This document shows positions 57,075 to 64,000 of a DNA stretch of 64,000 bases, one piece after another. The translations under genes were made by a program, and so were the position numbers. The stretch is taken from the NCBI GenBank assembly GCA_017447685.1, contig JAFSMZ010000053.1, forward strand, positions 2,914-66,913. Reading direction: 5' to 3'. Numbering within the stretch: the first letter of the stretch is position 1; each line of letters begins with the position of its first letter. Source of the stretch: Oscillospiraceae bacterium (lineage in GTDB: Bacteria; Bacillota; Clostridia; Oscillospirales; Oscillospiraceae). A model generated the notes under the pieces. It worked only from the letters and a program-made list of their open reading frames with translations. It had not been told where the DNA came from and did no database searches.

Positions 57075-58255
57075 GCTTCGACCTCCTCCAGCAGAATGCC
57101 GCCCTCGGGGCGGATGGACAGGACCTGGCAGCTGCCTTGCCCCAGCACGGCCTCCATGCCGCTGCGGAAGGAATCCAGCAGATCCAGGGGCACAAAGGCC
57201 TGGATGGTGCCTGCAAAGCCGCCGCCGTGGACCCGGCAGGCGCCTCTGCCCCGCAGGAGACGGGCGGACAGGGCCAGGCTCAGGGCCAGCTCCTGGTGCC
57301 GGGTGCTGCCGGTGGGGACCACGTTTTGCAGGTAGAGCCAGGAGGAGCGGCCGGACTCGTTCACCAGGTCCAGGAAGCGGGGAAAGTCTTTTGCCTTCAG
57401 GGCTTCCACCTGGAGCGCCACCCGGCGGTTGTCCTCAAAAAAGTGCATGGCGCGCAGAGCGGCCCGGTCACCGGCCGCGGCGCGGACCTCTTTTAGGCGG
57501 GCGTAGAAGGCGTCCTCGTCCACCTCGCGCAGATGCTCCTTGCCGAAGACGGCGCAGACGGCCTTCATTTCCCGGGGAATGGCGGCATATTCGTCGGTGA
57601 GATCCGCATGGTCGGCGCCGGAATTGACGATACAGAGGGCATGGCCGCAGGAGGCAAAGTCAAAGTCCAGGGGCTCCACCACAGGGTGGGAAGCATCGGC
57701 AAAGTCGATGGTGACGATGCCGCCCACGGAGGAGGCCATCTGGTCCATCAGGCCGCAGGGCTTGCCGAAGAAGACGTTTTCGGCATACTGGCCGATCTGG
57801 GCGATCTCGATGGCGGAGAGACCGCAGCCGTCCAGGCTGTTGATGACGGTCCCCAACAGGACCTCAAAGGCGGCGGAGGAGGAGAGCCCGCTGCCGGGCA
57901 GGACCCGGGAAGTCACATAGGCGTCAAAGCCGTGGACCGCATGGCCCAGCTGGGTGATCCGGGCGGACACGCCGCGGATCAGACTCAGGGTGCTGCCGAA
58001 TTCCGCCGGGCGGACATCCAGCTCCTCCAGAGAGACGGTGCAGAGGGGATAACCCTCCGACTGGACACGGATCACGCCCTCGCCGTTGGGCGCGACGGCG
58101 GCCAGGGTATCCACGCTGACGGCGCCGGCCAGCACACGGCCCAGCTGATGATCCGTGTGGTTGCCGCCCAGCTCCGTGCGCCCGGGGGCGGAGAAGAGAA
58201 AGCGCGCGGAGCGGCCAAAGCAGGCCGCAAAGCTTTGCTTGATCGATTCGTACAT
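57071..58255 (-). CDS. galK: Galactokinase
   Basis: 394 aa. GRTELGGNHTDH and the GHMP kinase motif PGSGLSSSAA. ATGA overlap with galT. Confidence 0.9.
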   Translation of the reverse strand: MYESIKQSFAACFGRSARFLFSAPGRTELGGNHTDHQLGRVLAGAVSVDTLAAVAPNGEGVIRVQSEGYPLCTVSLEELDVRPAEFGSTLSLIRGVSARITQLGHAVHGFDAYVTSRVLPGSGLSSSAAFEVLLGTVINSLDGCGLSAIEIAQIGQYAENVFFGKPCGLMDQMASSVGGIVTIDFADASHPVVEPLDFDFASCGHALCIVNSGADHADLTDEYAAIPREMKAVCAVFGKEHLREVDEDAFYARLKEVRAAAGDRAALRAMHFFEDNRRVALQVEALKAKDFPRFLDLVNESGRSSWLYLQNVVPTGSTRHQELALSLALSARLLRGRGACRVHGGGFAGTIQAFVPLDLLDSFRSGMEAVLGQGSCQVLSIRPEGGILLEEVEA

Positions 58256-58366
58256 AATTCAGTCCTCCGAGACACATAAAAATCCATATTGAAAATAACA
58301 CAAACTATTCGGATGGTCAACGGGAAAACGAGACTTTGCATCCGGCGCTCCCGGGCAGGGCAGCGA

Positions 58367-58395
58367 TTGACGAAAGGAAAAACCTTTGCTATAAT
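58367..58395 (+). promoter_or_regulatory. Sigma-A promoter of the kinase-PqqD-peptidase-ABC cassette
   Basis: TTGACG (58367-58372), 17 nt, TATAAT (58390-58395). Confidence 0.7.
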
Positions 58396-58479
58396 CTACA
58401 GGATAATATGGGGTCTTGCGGGATCACACAGCCGTGGGCTTGCACAACTCGCAGAGAAACAGAGACCCGGAGGAATGGA

Positions 58480-59232
58480 ATGGCGGAAAACATGACGGAA
58501 TTCACGGTAAAGCTGGCGGATATCCCGGTGAGGATCCGGGCGATCTGGCCGGAGCTGCGGCAGTTTCTGCAGGCTTATCTGACGGAAGAGGAAGCGGTGT
58601 TCACCATCGAGACCGGACAGGAGGACATCGACCGGGAACGGGTCATGAGCGCAAGGACCCGGGCCGCGGAGGGCCTGCCGGAGCTGCACACCAGCGACTT
58701 CTACCTGGAGACCCTTGCCGTCTATCGAAAGCTGGCGGATGCGCTGGTGGAGCGGGAAGTGCTGCTGTTTCACGGCTCCGTGGTGGCGGTGGACGGGGAA
58801 GCCTATCTTTTTACAGCCCCGAGCGGCACCGGCAAGAGCACCCACACCAGACTTTGGCGGGAGACCTTCGGAGAGCGCGCCGTGATGATCAATGACGACA
58901 AGCCCCTGCTGCGTGTGAGCCGGGAAGGCGTTCGTGCTTACGGTACCCCCTGGAACGGCAAACATCATCTGGGCGGCAACTGCTCGGCGCCGCTGAAGGC
59001 GCTTTGCATCCTGGAACGGGCCAGGGAAAACCATGTGGAGCGTGTGTCTCCCGAGGATGCCTTCCCCCGGATGCTGCAGCAGTGCTATCTGCCGGAGAAC
59101 GGAGAGAAAGTGGAGAAGACGCTGGCACTGCTGGAACGCATGTGCCAAACTGTGAAGCTTTACAGACTGGGCTGCAATATGAAACGGGAAGCGGCGCTGG
59201 TCTCATATCAGGGAATGCAGGAGGAAGCATAA
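58480..59232 (+). CDS. HPr-kinase-like P-loop protein (HprK-related / ScmC-like)
   Basis: ATG 58480 lies 6 nt after GGAGG; 250 aa. FTAPSGTGKSTHTRLW...VMINDDKPLL matches the HprK C-domain pattern GxSGxGKS...DD. Confidence 0.55.
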   Translation: MAENMTEFTVKLADIPVRIRAIWPELRQFLQAYLTEEEAVFTIETGQEDIDRERVMSARTRAAEGLPELHTSDFYLETLAVYRKLADALVEREVLLFHGSVVAVDGEAYLFTAPSGTGKSTHTRLWRETFGERAVMINDDKPLLRVSREGVRAYGTPWNGKHHLGGNCSAPLKALCILERARENHVERVSPEDAFPRMLQQCYLPENGEKVEKTLALLERMCQTVKLYRLGCNMKREAALVSYQGMQEEA

Positions 59233-59233
59233 G

Positions 59234-59497
59234 ATGAAACTGAAACAAGGCTTTATCACCCATAATGTGGGAAAGACCCAGATGATGGTAGCCACAGGCC
59301 CCGCCAGCTCGGTCTTTCGCGGTCTGGTCCGTTCCAACGAGACGGCGGCCTTTATTGTTGACTGCCTGAAGAAGGAGACCACGGAAGAGGAAATCGTGAA
59401 AGCCATGCTGCAGGAATACGACGCTCCGGAAGAAGTGATCGCACGGGACGTGCACAGTGTGGTGGAAAAGCTTCAGGAAATCGGAGCACTGGAATGA
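59234..59497 (+). CDS. PqqD-family protein (RiPP recognition element / peptide chaperone)
   Basis: 87 aa; ..NETAAFIVDCLKKETTEEEIVKAMLQEYDAPEEVIARDVHSVVEKLQEIGAL is the PqqD-like winged-helix pattern. Confidence 0.7.
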   Translation: MKLKQGFITHNVGKTQMMVATGPASSVFRGLVRSNETAAFIVDCLKKETTEEEIVKAMLQEYDAPEEVIARDVHSVVEKLQEIGALE

Positions 59498-59937
59498 GCT
59501 CCTTCGAGGAAGAACTGGAGCAGAACGGCACCCTGGTCTTCCCCAATAAGGGGAAAAGCATGCTGCCACTGCTGCGGGAAAACCGGGACCTGATGGTGAT
59601 TCGGAAAAAAGGACCGGAACGCTGCAAAAAATACGACGCCGTGCTCTTTCGGCGGGGCGAGCAGTATGTGCTGCACCGGATCCTGAAGGTCCGGGAGAAG
59701 GACTACTGGATCGTGGGTGATAATTGCTGTACCGGCGACGATGTTCGGGACGAGCAGATCCTGGGCGTTCTGACTCAGGTGGTGCGGGACGGGAAGACCA
59801 TTTCCACAACGGACCCGGTTTACCGGATCTATGTACACCTGTGGTGTGATCTCTTCCCGCTGCGCTCGGTCCTGCTCCGCACCAGGGGACGGGCATACAG
59901 AGCGGGATCCAGGATCAAGAGGATGCTGAAACGATGA
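59494..59937 (+). CDS. S24/S26-family Ser-Lys dyad peptidase-like protein
   Basis: 147 aa. GKSMLPLL (Ser) and VLHRILKV (Lys) blocks. ATGA overlaps on both sides. Confidence 0.6.
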   Translation: MSSFEEELEQNGTLVFPNKGKSMLPLLRENRDLMVIRKKGPERCKKYDAVLFRRGEQYVLHRILKVREKDYWIVGDNCCTGDDVRDEQILGVLTQVVRDGKTISTTDPVYRIYVHLWCDLFPLRSVLLRTRGRAYRAGSRIKRMLKR

Positions 59938-61622
59938 AAGAGCGAAAATCCACCCTGCGCTGGCTGATCCGGATCGCGGGCCGGGTCAGACTCTGTGTGG
60001 CAGGGCTGACGCTGGCGCAGGTCTTTCTCGGCGGGATCAGCGTGCTCTACGCCTTCCTGATGCGCAGCATCGTCGATGAGGCTGTGGCGGGCAGAAGGGA
60101 AGGCGTGGTGCGCGGCGCGCTGCTGCTGATCGTGCTGGCGCTGGCTCAGCAGCTGCTCTGGGCCGGGACCCGCTTCCTGAAGGAATTCGGGGCGGCGGAG
60201 TTGGAAAACCGGCTGAAAAAGCGGCTATTCTCCGCACTTTTGCGAAAGGACTATGCCGCGGTGACGGCTCTGCACTCCGGTGAGTGGATGAACCGGCTGA
60301 CCAGCGACAGCGCTGTGGTGGCCAAGTCCGCAGTCAACATCCTGCCGAACCTGACGGGCATGACGGTGAGGCTGCTGGGAGCACTGACTGCGCTCATCTA
60401 TCTGGAGCCCCTTTTCGCCGCCGTGCTGATTCCCGGGGGACTGCTGGTGATGCTGTTGACCTATGGCATCCGGCGGCTGCTGAAAACGCTGCACAAACGT
60501 ATCCAGGAATCCGACGGGCGCTTGCGCAGTTTCCTGCAGGAGCGGCTGGGCAGCCAGCTGGTGCTGCGCAGTTTCGGCGCCCAGGCGCAGAGCGAAGATC
60601 TGGCCGCAGAGCGGATGAAGGAGCATAAAAACGCCAGGATCCGCAGAAACCACGTCTCCAACCTCAGCAGTCTGGCCTATGGAATCCTGATTCAGGGGGC
60701 TGTGGTGGGCAGTATAGTGTTCTGCGCCTTCGGCCTTCTGCAGGGAACGCTCAGCTACGGCACGCTCATGGCGGTGGTACAGCTGGTGGGACAGATCCGG
60801 GGCCCCTTTGCCAACCTTTCCGGCCTGGTGCCGGAATACTATGGCATGATCGCCAGCGCCGAGCGCCTTATGGAGGCGGAAAGCTTTCCCGATGACGGAG
60901 GACAGACCCGGACCCGGGAGCAGATCCAGCGCCTTTATGAGGAGGAGCTGGAGTCGCTGGGCCTGGAGAAGGCCAGCTTCACCTACCGTCCGCCGATGCG
61001 GGAAGAGGGGGAGCGCCCGATGTCCGTGGTGCTGGAGGACCTGAGCCTGCAGATCCGCAAAGGAGAATATGTGGCCTTCACCGGCCATTCCGGCAGCGGC
61101 AAGAGCACGGTGTTGAAGCTTTTGATGAGCATTTATCCGCTGGACAGCGGAGAGCGCTATCTGGAGACCGGAGCGGGAAGAACAGAGCTGGACGCCTCCT
61201 GGCGGGGACTCTTCGCCTATGTGCCCCAGGGAAACGAGCTACTCAGCGGCAGTATCCGGGAGATTCTCGCTTTTGGGGACCGGGAGAAGATGCACCGGGA
61301 CGAGGAGCTCTGGACGGCGCTGCGTATCGCCTGCGCGGAGGATTTTGTCTCTGCTCTGGACAGGGGCTTGGACAGCGAATTGGGAGAGAGCGGCGCGGGC
61401 CTTTCCGAAGGGCAGATGCAGCGCATCGCCATCGCCCGGGCGGTGTTCTCGGCCCGGCCGGTGCTGCTGCTGGACGAGGCGACCAGCTCGCTGGACGCCG
61501 ATACGGAAAAGCAGGTGCTGGAAAACCTGCGCAGCATGACGGATCGCACCGTGCTGATCGTGACCCACCGGCCTGCGGCCCTGGCCATCTGTGACAAGGA
61601 GATCCAGCTGGCGGGAGAATAA
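59934..61622 (+). CDS. ABC exporter, fused TMD-NBD, no C39 peptidase domain
   Basis: 562 aa with a 6-TM N-terminal half. Walker A GHSGSGKST, signature LSEGQMQRIAIARA, Walker B LLLDEATSSLD. Confidence 0.85.
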   Translation: MKERKSTLRWLIRIAGRVRLCVAGLTLAQVFLGGISVLYAFLMRSIVDEAVAGRREGVVRGALLLIVLALAQQLLWAGTRFLKEFGAAELENRLKKRLFSALLRKDYAAVTALHSGEWMNRLTSDSAVVAKSAVNILPNLTGMTVRLLGALTALIYLEPLFAAVLIPGGLLVMLLTYGIRRLLKTLHKRIQESDGRLRSFLQERLGSQLVLRSFGAQAQSEDLAAERMKEHKNARIRRNHVSNLSSLAYGILIQGAVVGSIVFCAFGLLQGTLSYGTLMAVVQLVGQIRGPFANLSGLVPEYYGMIASAERLMEAESFPDDGGQTRTREQIQRLYEEELESLGLEKASFTYRPPMREEGERPMSVVLEDLSLQIRKGEYVAFTGHSGSGKSTVLKLLMSIYPLDSGERYLETGAGRTELDASWRGLFAYVPQGNELLSGSIREILAFGDREKMHRDEELWTALRIACAEDFVSALDRGLDSELGESGAGLSEGQMQRIAIARAVFSARPVLLLDEATSSLDADTEKQVLENLRSMTDRTVLIVTHRPAALAICDKEIQLAGE

Positions 61623-61633
61623 AAACCGAACAC

Positions 61634-61667
61634 AAAAAGGGATCCCACCGCGGTGGGATCCCTTTTT
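61634..61667. terminator. Bidirectional rho-independent terminator
   Basis: Perfect palindrome AAAAAGGGATCCCACCG/CGGTGGGATCCCTTTTT. Confidence 0.85.
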
Positions 61668-63091
61668 CAGAGGTTGTAGTATTTTGCAAATTCGGCGGGG
61701 TGGGGGATCTGGGAGAGCTCCAGGCACTCCGCCCGTTTGCGCTGGATAAAGCCCTGCAGCAGTTCCTCCGGGAAGACGGAGCCTGCGGTGAGATAGTCAT
61801 GATCCCGCTCCAGCGCGTCCAGCGCCTGGTCCAGAGAGCTGGGCAGATGATGGAGTTTGGCTTTCTCCGCATCGGAGAGCTGGAAAAGGTTCATGTCATA
61901 GGGACCCCAGCCCCGCTCATGGGGATCGATCTGCCTTTGAATGCCGTCGAGACCCGCCATGAGGATGGCGGCATAGCAGAAGTAGGGGTTGCAGGTGGCG
62001 TCGGGGTTGCGCAGCTCGAAACGGCGGAGCTTCGGGCTCTTGGCATAGGCCGGGATGCGGATGACGGCGCTCCGGTTGGAGGTGGCGTAGCCCACGGTGA
62101 CCGGAGCCTCAAAGCCCGGTACCAGACGCTTGAAGGAGTTGGTGGAGGGGTTGGTGATGGCGCAGAGGGAGGCGATATGCTCCAGCAGACCGCCCATGAA
62201 CCAGTGGGCCTCGCGGCTCAGGTGGGAATAGCCGGCGTCGTCGGAGAAGACCGGTTCCCCGTCCTTCAGCAGAAGCATGTGCACATGCATGCCGCTGCCG
62301 GCCTCGCCATAGACTGGCTTTGGCATCAGGGTGGCGCTGTAGCCGTACTTGCGGGCCACATTGTGGATGATGTACTTGACGAACATGGTGCCGTCCGCCA
62401 TCTTGGACATCTGCATGAGCAGGGGCTCGATCTCAAACTGGCCCGCGCCGCCCACCTCGGGGTGGTGGTACTTCACGGGAATGCCCGCTTTTTCCATCTC
62501 CAGGCACATTTCGCTGCGGCACTCGTAGCTCCGGTCCAGGGGCTTGGCGATGTGGTAGTTCTTCTGGAAGGGCACCACATTGCCGCTGCCCTCCACATCG
62601 CTGTTCCAGTGGGCCTGGGCGGTGTCCAGATGCATCTCGATCCGGTTGGGAGCTACCTTCCAGCCCACCTGATCGAAGAGATAAAACTCAAACTCCGGCA
62701 GGATCAGCATGGTGTCGGCGATGCCGGTATCCTCCATGTACTGCTCGGCGGCGAGAACGATGTTGCGGGGGTACTGCTTCAGCGGGCGGTTTTGGGGATA
62801 GTCGATGATCATGGCGTTGCCGATCATGGAGAGGGTTTTGACGCCGCAGAAGGGATCGATCTGCGCGCTGTCCAGATCCGGGATATAGACCATATCACTC
62901 TTTTCCACCACGGCGTAGCCGTAGTTGGAGGCGTCGAAGCCGATGCCGTTTTCCATGGTCTCCGCATTGAAATGGGCGGCGGGAATGGTGACGTGGCGGA
63001 ACTGGCCATCGATATCCACCACCTTGAAGTCCACCATCTGGACGTCCAGCTCCCGGATCATCTGCATGATGTCTTGCGCGGTCTTTGCCAT
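61667..63091 (-). CDS. glnA: Glutamine synthetase, type I
   Basis: 474 aa; ..KPVYGEAGSGMHVHM.., NPSTNSFKRLVPGFEAP, SNRSAVIRIP. Confidence 0.9.
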   Translation of the reverse strand: MAKTAQDIMQMIRELDVQMVDFKVVDIDGQFRHVTIPAAHFNAETMENGIGFDASNYGYAVVEKSDMVYIPDLDSAQIDPFCGVKTLSMIGNAMIIDYPQNRPLKQYPRNIVLAAEQYMEDTGIADTMLILPEFEFYLFDQVGWKVAPNRIEMHLDTAQAHWNSDVEGSGNVVPFQKNYHIAKPLDRSYECRSEMCLEMEKAGIPVKYHHPEVGGAGQFEIEPLLMQMSKMADGTMFVKYIIHNVARKYGYSATLMPKPVYGEAGSGMHVHMLLLKDGEPVFSDDAGYSHLSREAHWFMGGLLEHIASLCAITNPSTNSFKRLVPGFEAPVTVGYATSNRSAVIRIPAYAKSPKLRRFELRNPDATCNPYFCYAAILMAGLDGIQRQIDPHERGWGPYDMNLFQLSDAEKAKLHHLPSSLDQALDALERDHDYLTAGSVFPEELLQGFIQRKRAECLELSQIPHPAEFAKYYNL

Positions 63092-63175
63092 AGCTGCCTC
63101 ACTTTCCTGCCGATGGCAGGTTCATACATTCTCCGGCATTTGCGCCGGGCGGGTAGGAGAAAATCTCCGAGGGAT

Positions 63176-63246
63176 ACTATAGCAGAGTTTCGTGATTTTG
63201 TACATCATGTTTTTTGAAAAACAGGCATATGTTTGGAAATTTTACA
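63176..63246 (-). promoter_or_regulatory. Candidate glnA promoter with a GlnR/TnrA-like box
   Basis: On the minus strand: TGTAAAATTTCCAAACA (63246-63230; consensus TGTNA-N7-TNACA, one mismatch), then TGTACA, 17 nt, TATAGT (63181-63176). Confidence 0.4.
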
Positions 63247-63286
63247 TAAAAACAGCAGAGCGGGCATGCTGCCCGCTCTGCTGCGC
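63246..63286 (-). terminator. Rho-independent terminator of the upstream minus-strand gene
   Basis: CAGCAGAGCGGGCA-tgc-TGCCCGCTCTGCTG followed on the minus strand by TTTTTAT. Confidence 0.75.
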
Positions 63287-63292
63287 GTTTCA

Positions 63293-64000
63293 TTATGGCC
63301 GCCTGCCGGGTCCGCCGGGACCTCCGCCGGGGCCGCCGGGACCTCCGCCGGGGAAACCGCCCATGCCGTGGCCGCCCATGCCCATGCCGCCGCCGTAGAT
63401 CAGGGAATCCAGCGTGATGGTCTGGGTGAAGCTGCCGGCGGTGACGGTGTAGCGCTTGCCCGCCTCCAGGCCCGGGCAGCTGATCAACACGCTCTGATAG
63501 CTTTTCTCCGGACTGCAGCTTGCGAGGATCCGGCCGTTTTCGTCCGCGATGCTGACGGCAGTGCCGGCGGCCTGATTGCCCACCGGGAGCAGGATGCTGC
63601 CCTGGGTGGAGGAGGGGCCGAAGTTCTCCGCCATGTCGGCGGAGCCCACGGCGATAACGGTGCCGCCGGTGATGCTTCCCTCGGTTCCGTAGTCCAGGGC
63701 GCCGTTGCCGCCCCGGGTGGGACCGCTGACATAGATTTCGCCGCCGCTGACGGAGAGAAGCCCGTTGCTGTCCAGCCCGTCCCCCTCGGCGTTCACGGTG
63801 AGGACGCCGCCGCTGACGGTGAGGCCGGCGCTGCTGTCGCCCCGGAAGGGGTCGCCCCCAAAGGGGCCGAAGCCGTTGGAGCCGTCGCTGCCGCCGGCGG
63901 CGTTGAGTCCGTCGTCGGAGGCGAGGATCGAGAGCGTACCGCCGCGGATCTCGATGACCCGGGCCTCCAGCCCCTCGTAGCTTTGCGCCACGTTGAGGCT
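63293..64000 (-). CDS. Carbohydrate-binding beta-helix protein (Cthe_2159-like), 3' part; the gene continues beyond the window
   Basis: Repeated GGxLTVNAEGDGLDSNG / GGEIYVSGPTRGGNGALDYG blocks and a Gly/Pro-rich C-terminal tail. The reading frame is open to the window edge. Confidence 0.5.
   Translation of the reverse strand, partial: SLNVAQSYEGLEARVIEIRGGTLSILASDDGLNAAGGSDGSNGFGPFGGDPFRGDSSAGLTVSGGVLTVNAEGDGLDSNGLLSVSGGEIYVSGPTRGGNGALDYGTEGSITGGTVIAVGSADMAENFGPSSTQGSILLPVGNQAAGTAVSIADENGRILASCSPEKSYQSVLISCPGLEAGKRYTVTAGSFTQTITLDSLIYGGGMGMGGHGMGGFPGGGPGGPGGGPGGPGRRP

Noticed and set aside
58289-58495. 68-aa ORF upstream of the kinase-like gene, considered as a possible RiPP precursor.
   Set aside because: It spans the -35 and -10 elements of the cassette promoter, so most of it would not be transcribed from that promoter. 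It has no RBS, and its highly basic composition is typical of an out-of-frame artefact.
63192-63398. 68-aa ORF with a collagen-like PGPPGPPPGPPGPPPG tract.
   Set aside because: It is antisense to the Gly/Pro-rich C-terminal tail of the minus-strand Cthe_2159-like gene, and its start lies in that gene's terminator region.

Overview
GC-rich chromosomal segment with Clostridia-like gene content and organisation (lipoprotein solute-binding proteins, AGGAGG ribosome-binding sites (RBS), many ATGA-coupled genes). No rRNA, tRNA, transposase, integrase or prophage genes were seen. All protein family calls rest on motif recognition by eye, not on searches.

Layout, left to right:
1. The 3' end of a type I-C CRISPR-Cas locus: a cas5 fragment, cas8c and cas7. 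It runs straight into a 27-repeat array, with no cas4-cas1-cas2 and no leader.
2. An M28 peptidase, a stand-alone vWA protein and a TagF-like glycerophosphotransferase.
3. A beta-glucan or cellodextrin-type utilisation locus: GH94 phosphorylase, LacI regulator, sugar ABC importer and a cytoplasmic GH5.
4. A nitroreductase-fold gene.
5. A roughly 24 kb single-strand block of 20 tightly packed genes joining pyrimidine, guaB and purine biosynthesis: pyrC-carB-pyrK-pyrD-pyrF-pyrE-pyrB-pyrI-guaB-purE-purC-purF-purM-FNT-purN-purO-purH-purD-purL-cofE-like.
6. An FbpABC-like ABC importer.
7. infC-rpmI-rplT, with a leader attenuator.
8. A DUF3810 metalloprotein and a phosphodiester-glycosidase lipoprotein.
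9. A moaC-larB-larE-larC operon (nickel-pincer cofactor synthesis) with no larA in the window.
10. galT-galK.
11. A self-contained four-gene cassette: HPr-kinase-like P-loop protein, PqqD-like peptide chaperone, S24/S26 peptidase and ABC exporter.
12. glnA and a partial Cthe_2159-like gene.

The four-gene cassette at 58.4-61.7 kb is my best candidate for an undescribed system. It looks like a minimal RiPP-type (ribosomally synthesised, post-translationally modified peptide) maturation and export pathway, but it has no core cyclase or radical-SAM enzyme and no visible precursor gene.

Other points worth a second look:
- The CRISPR array has no adaptation genes and carries three codon-periodic variant spacers.
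- The PurF homologue lacks the catalytic N-terminal Cys.
- A formate/nitrite-transporter-family channel is translationally coupled inside the pur operon.
- Several families of short palindromic or tandem intergenic repeats recur across the window.
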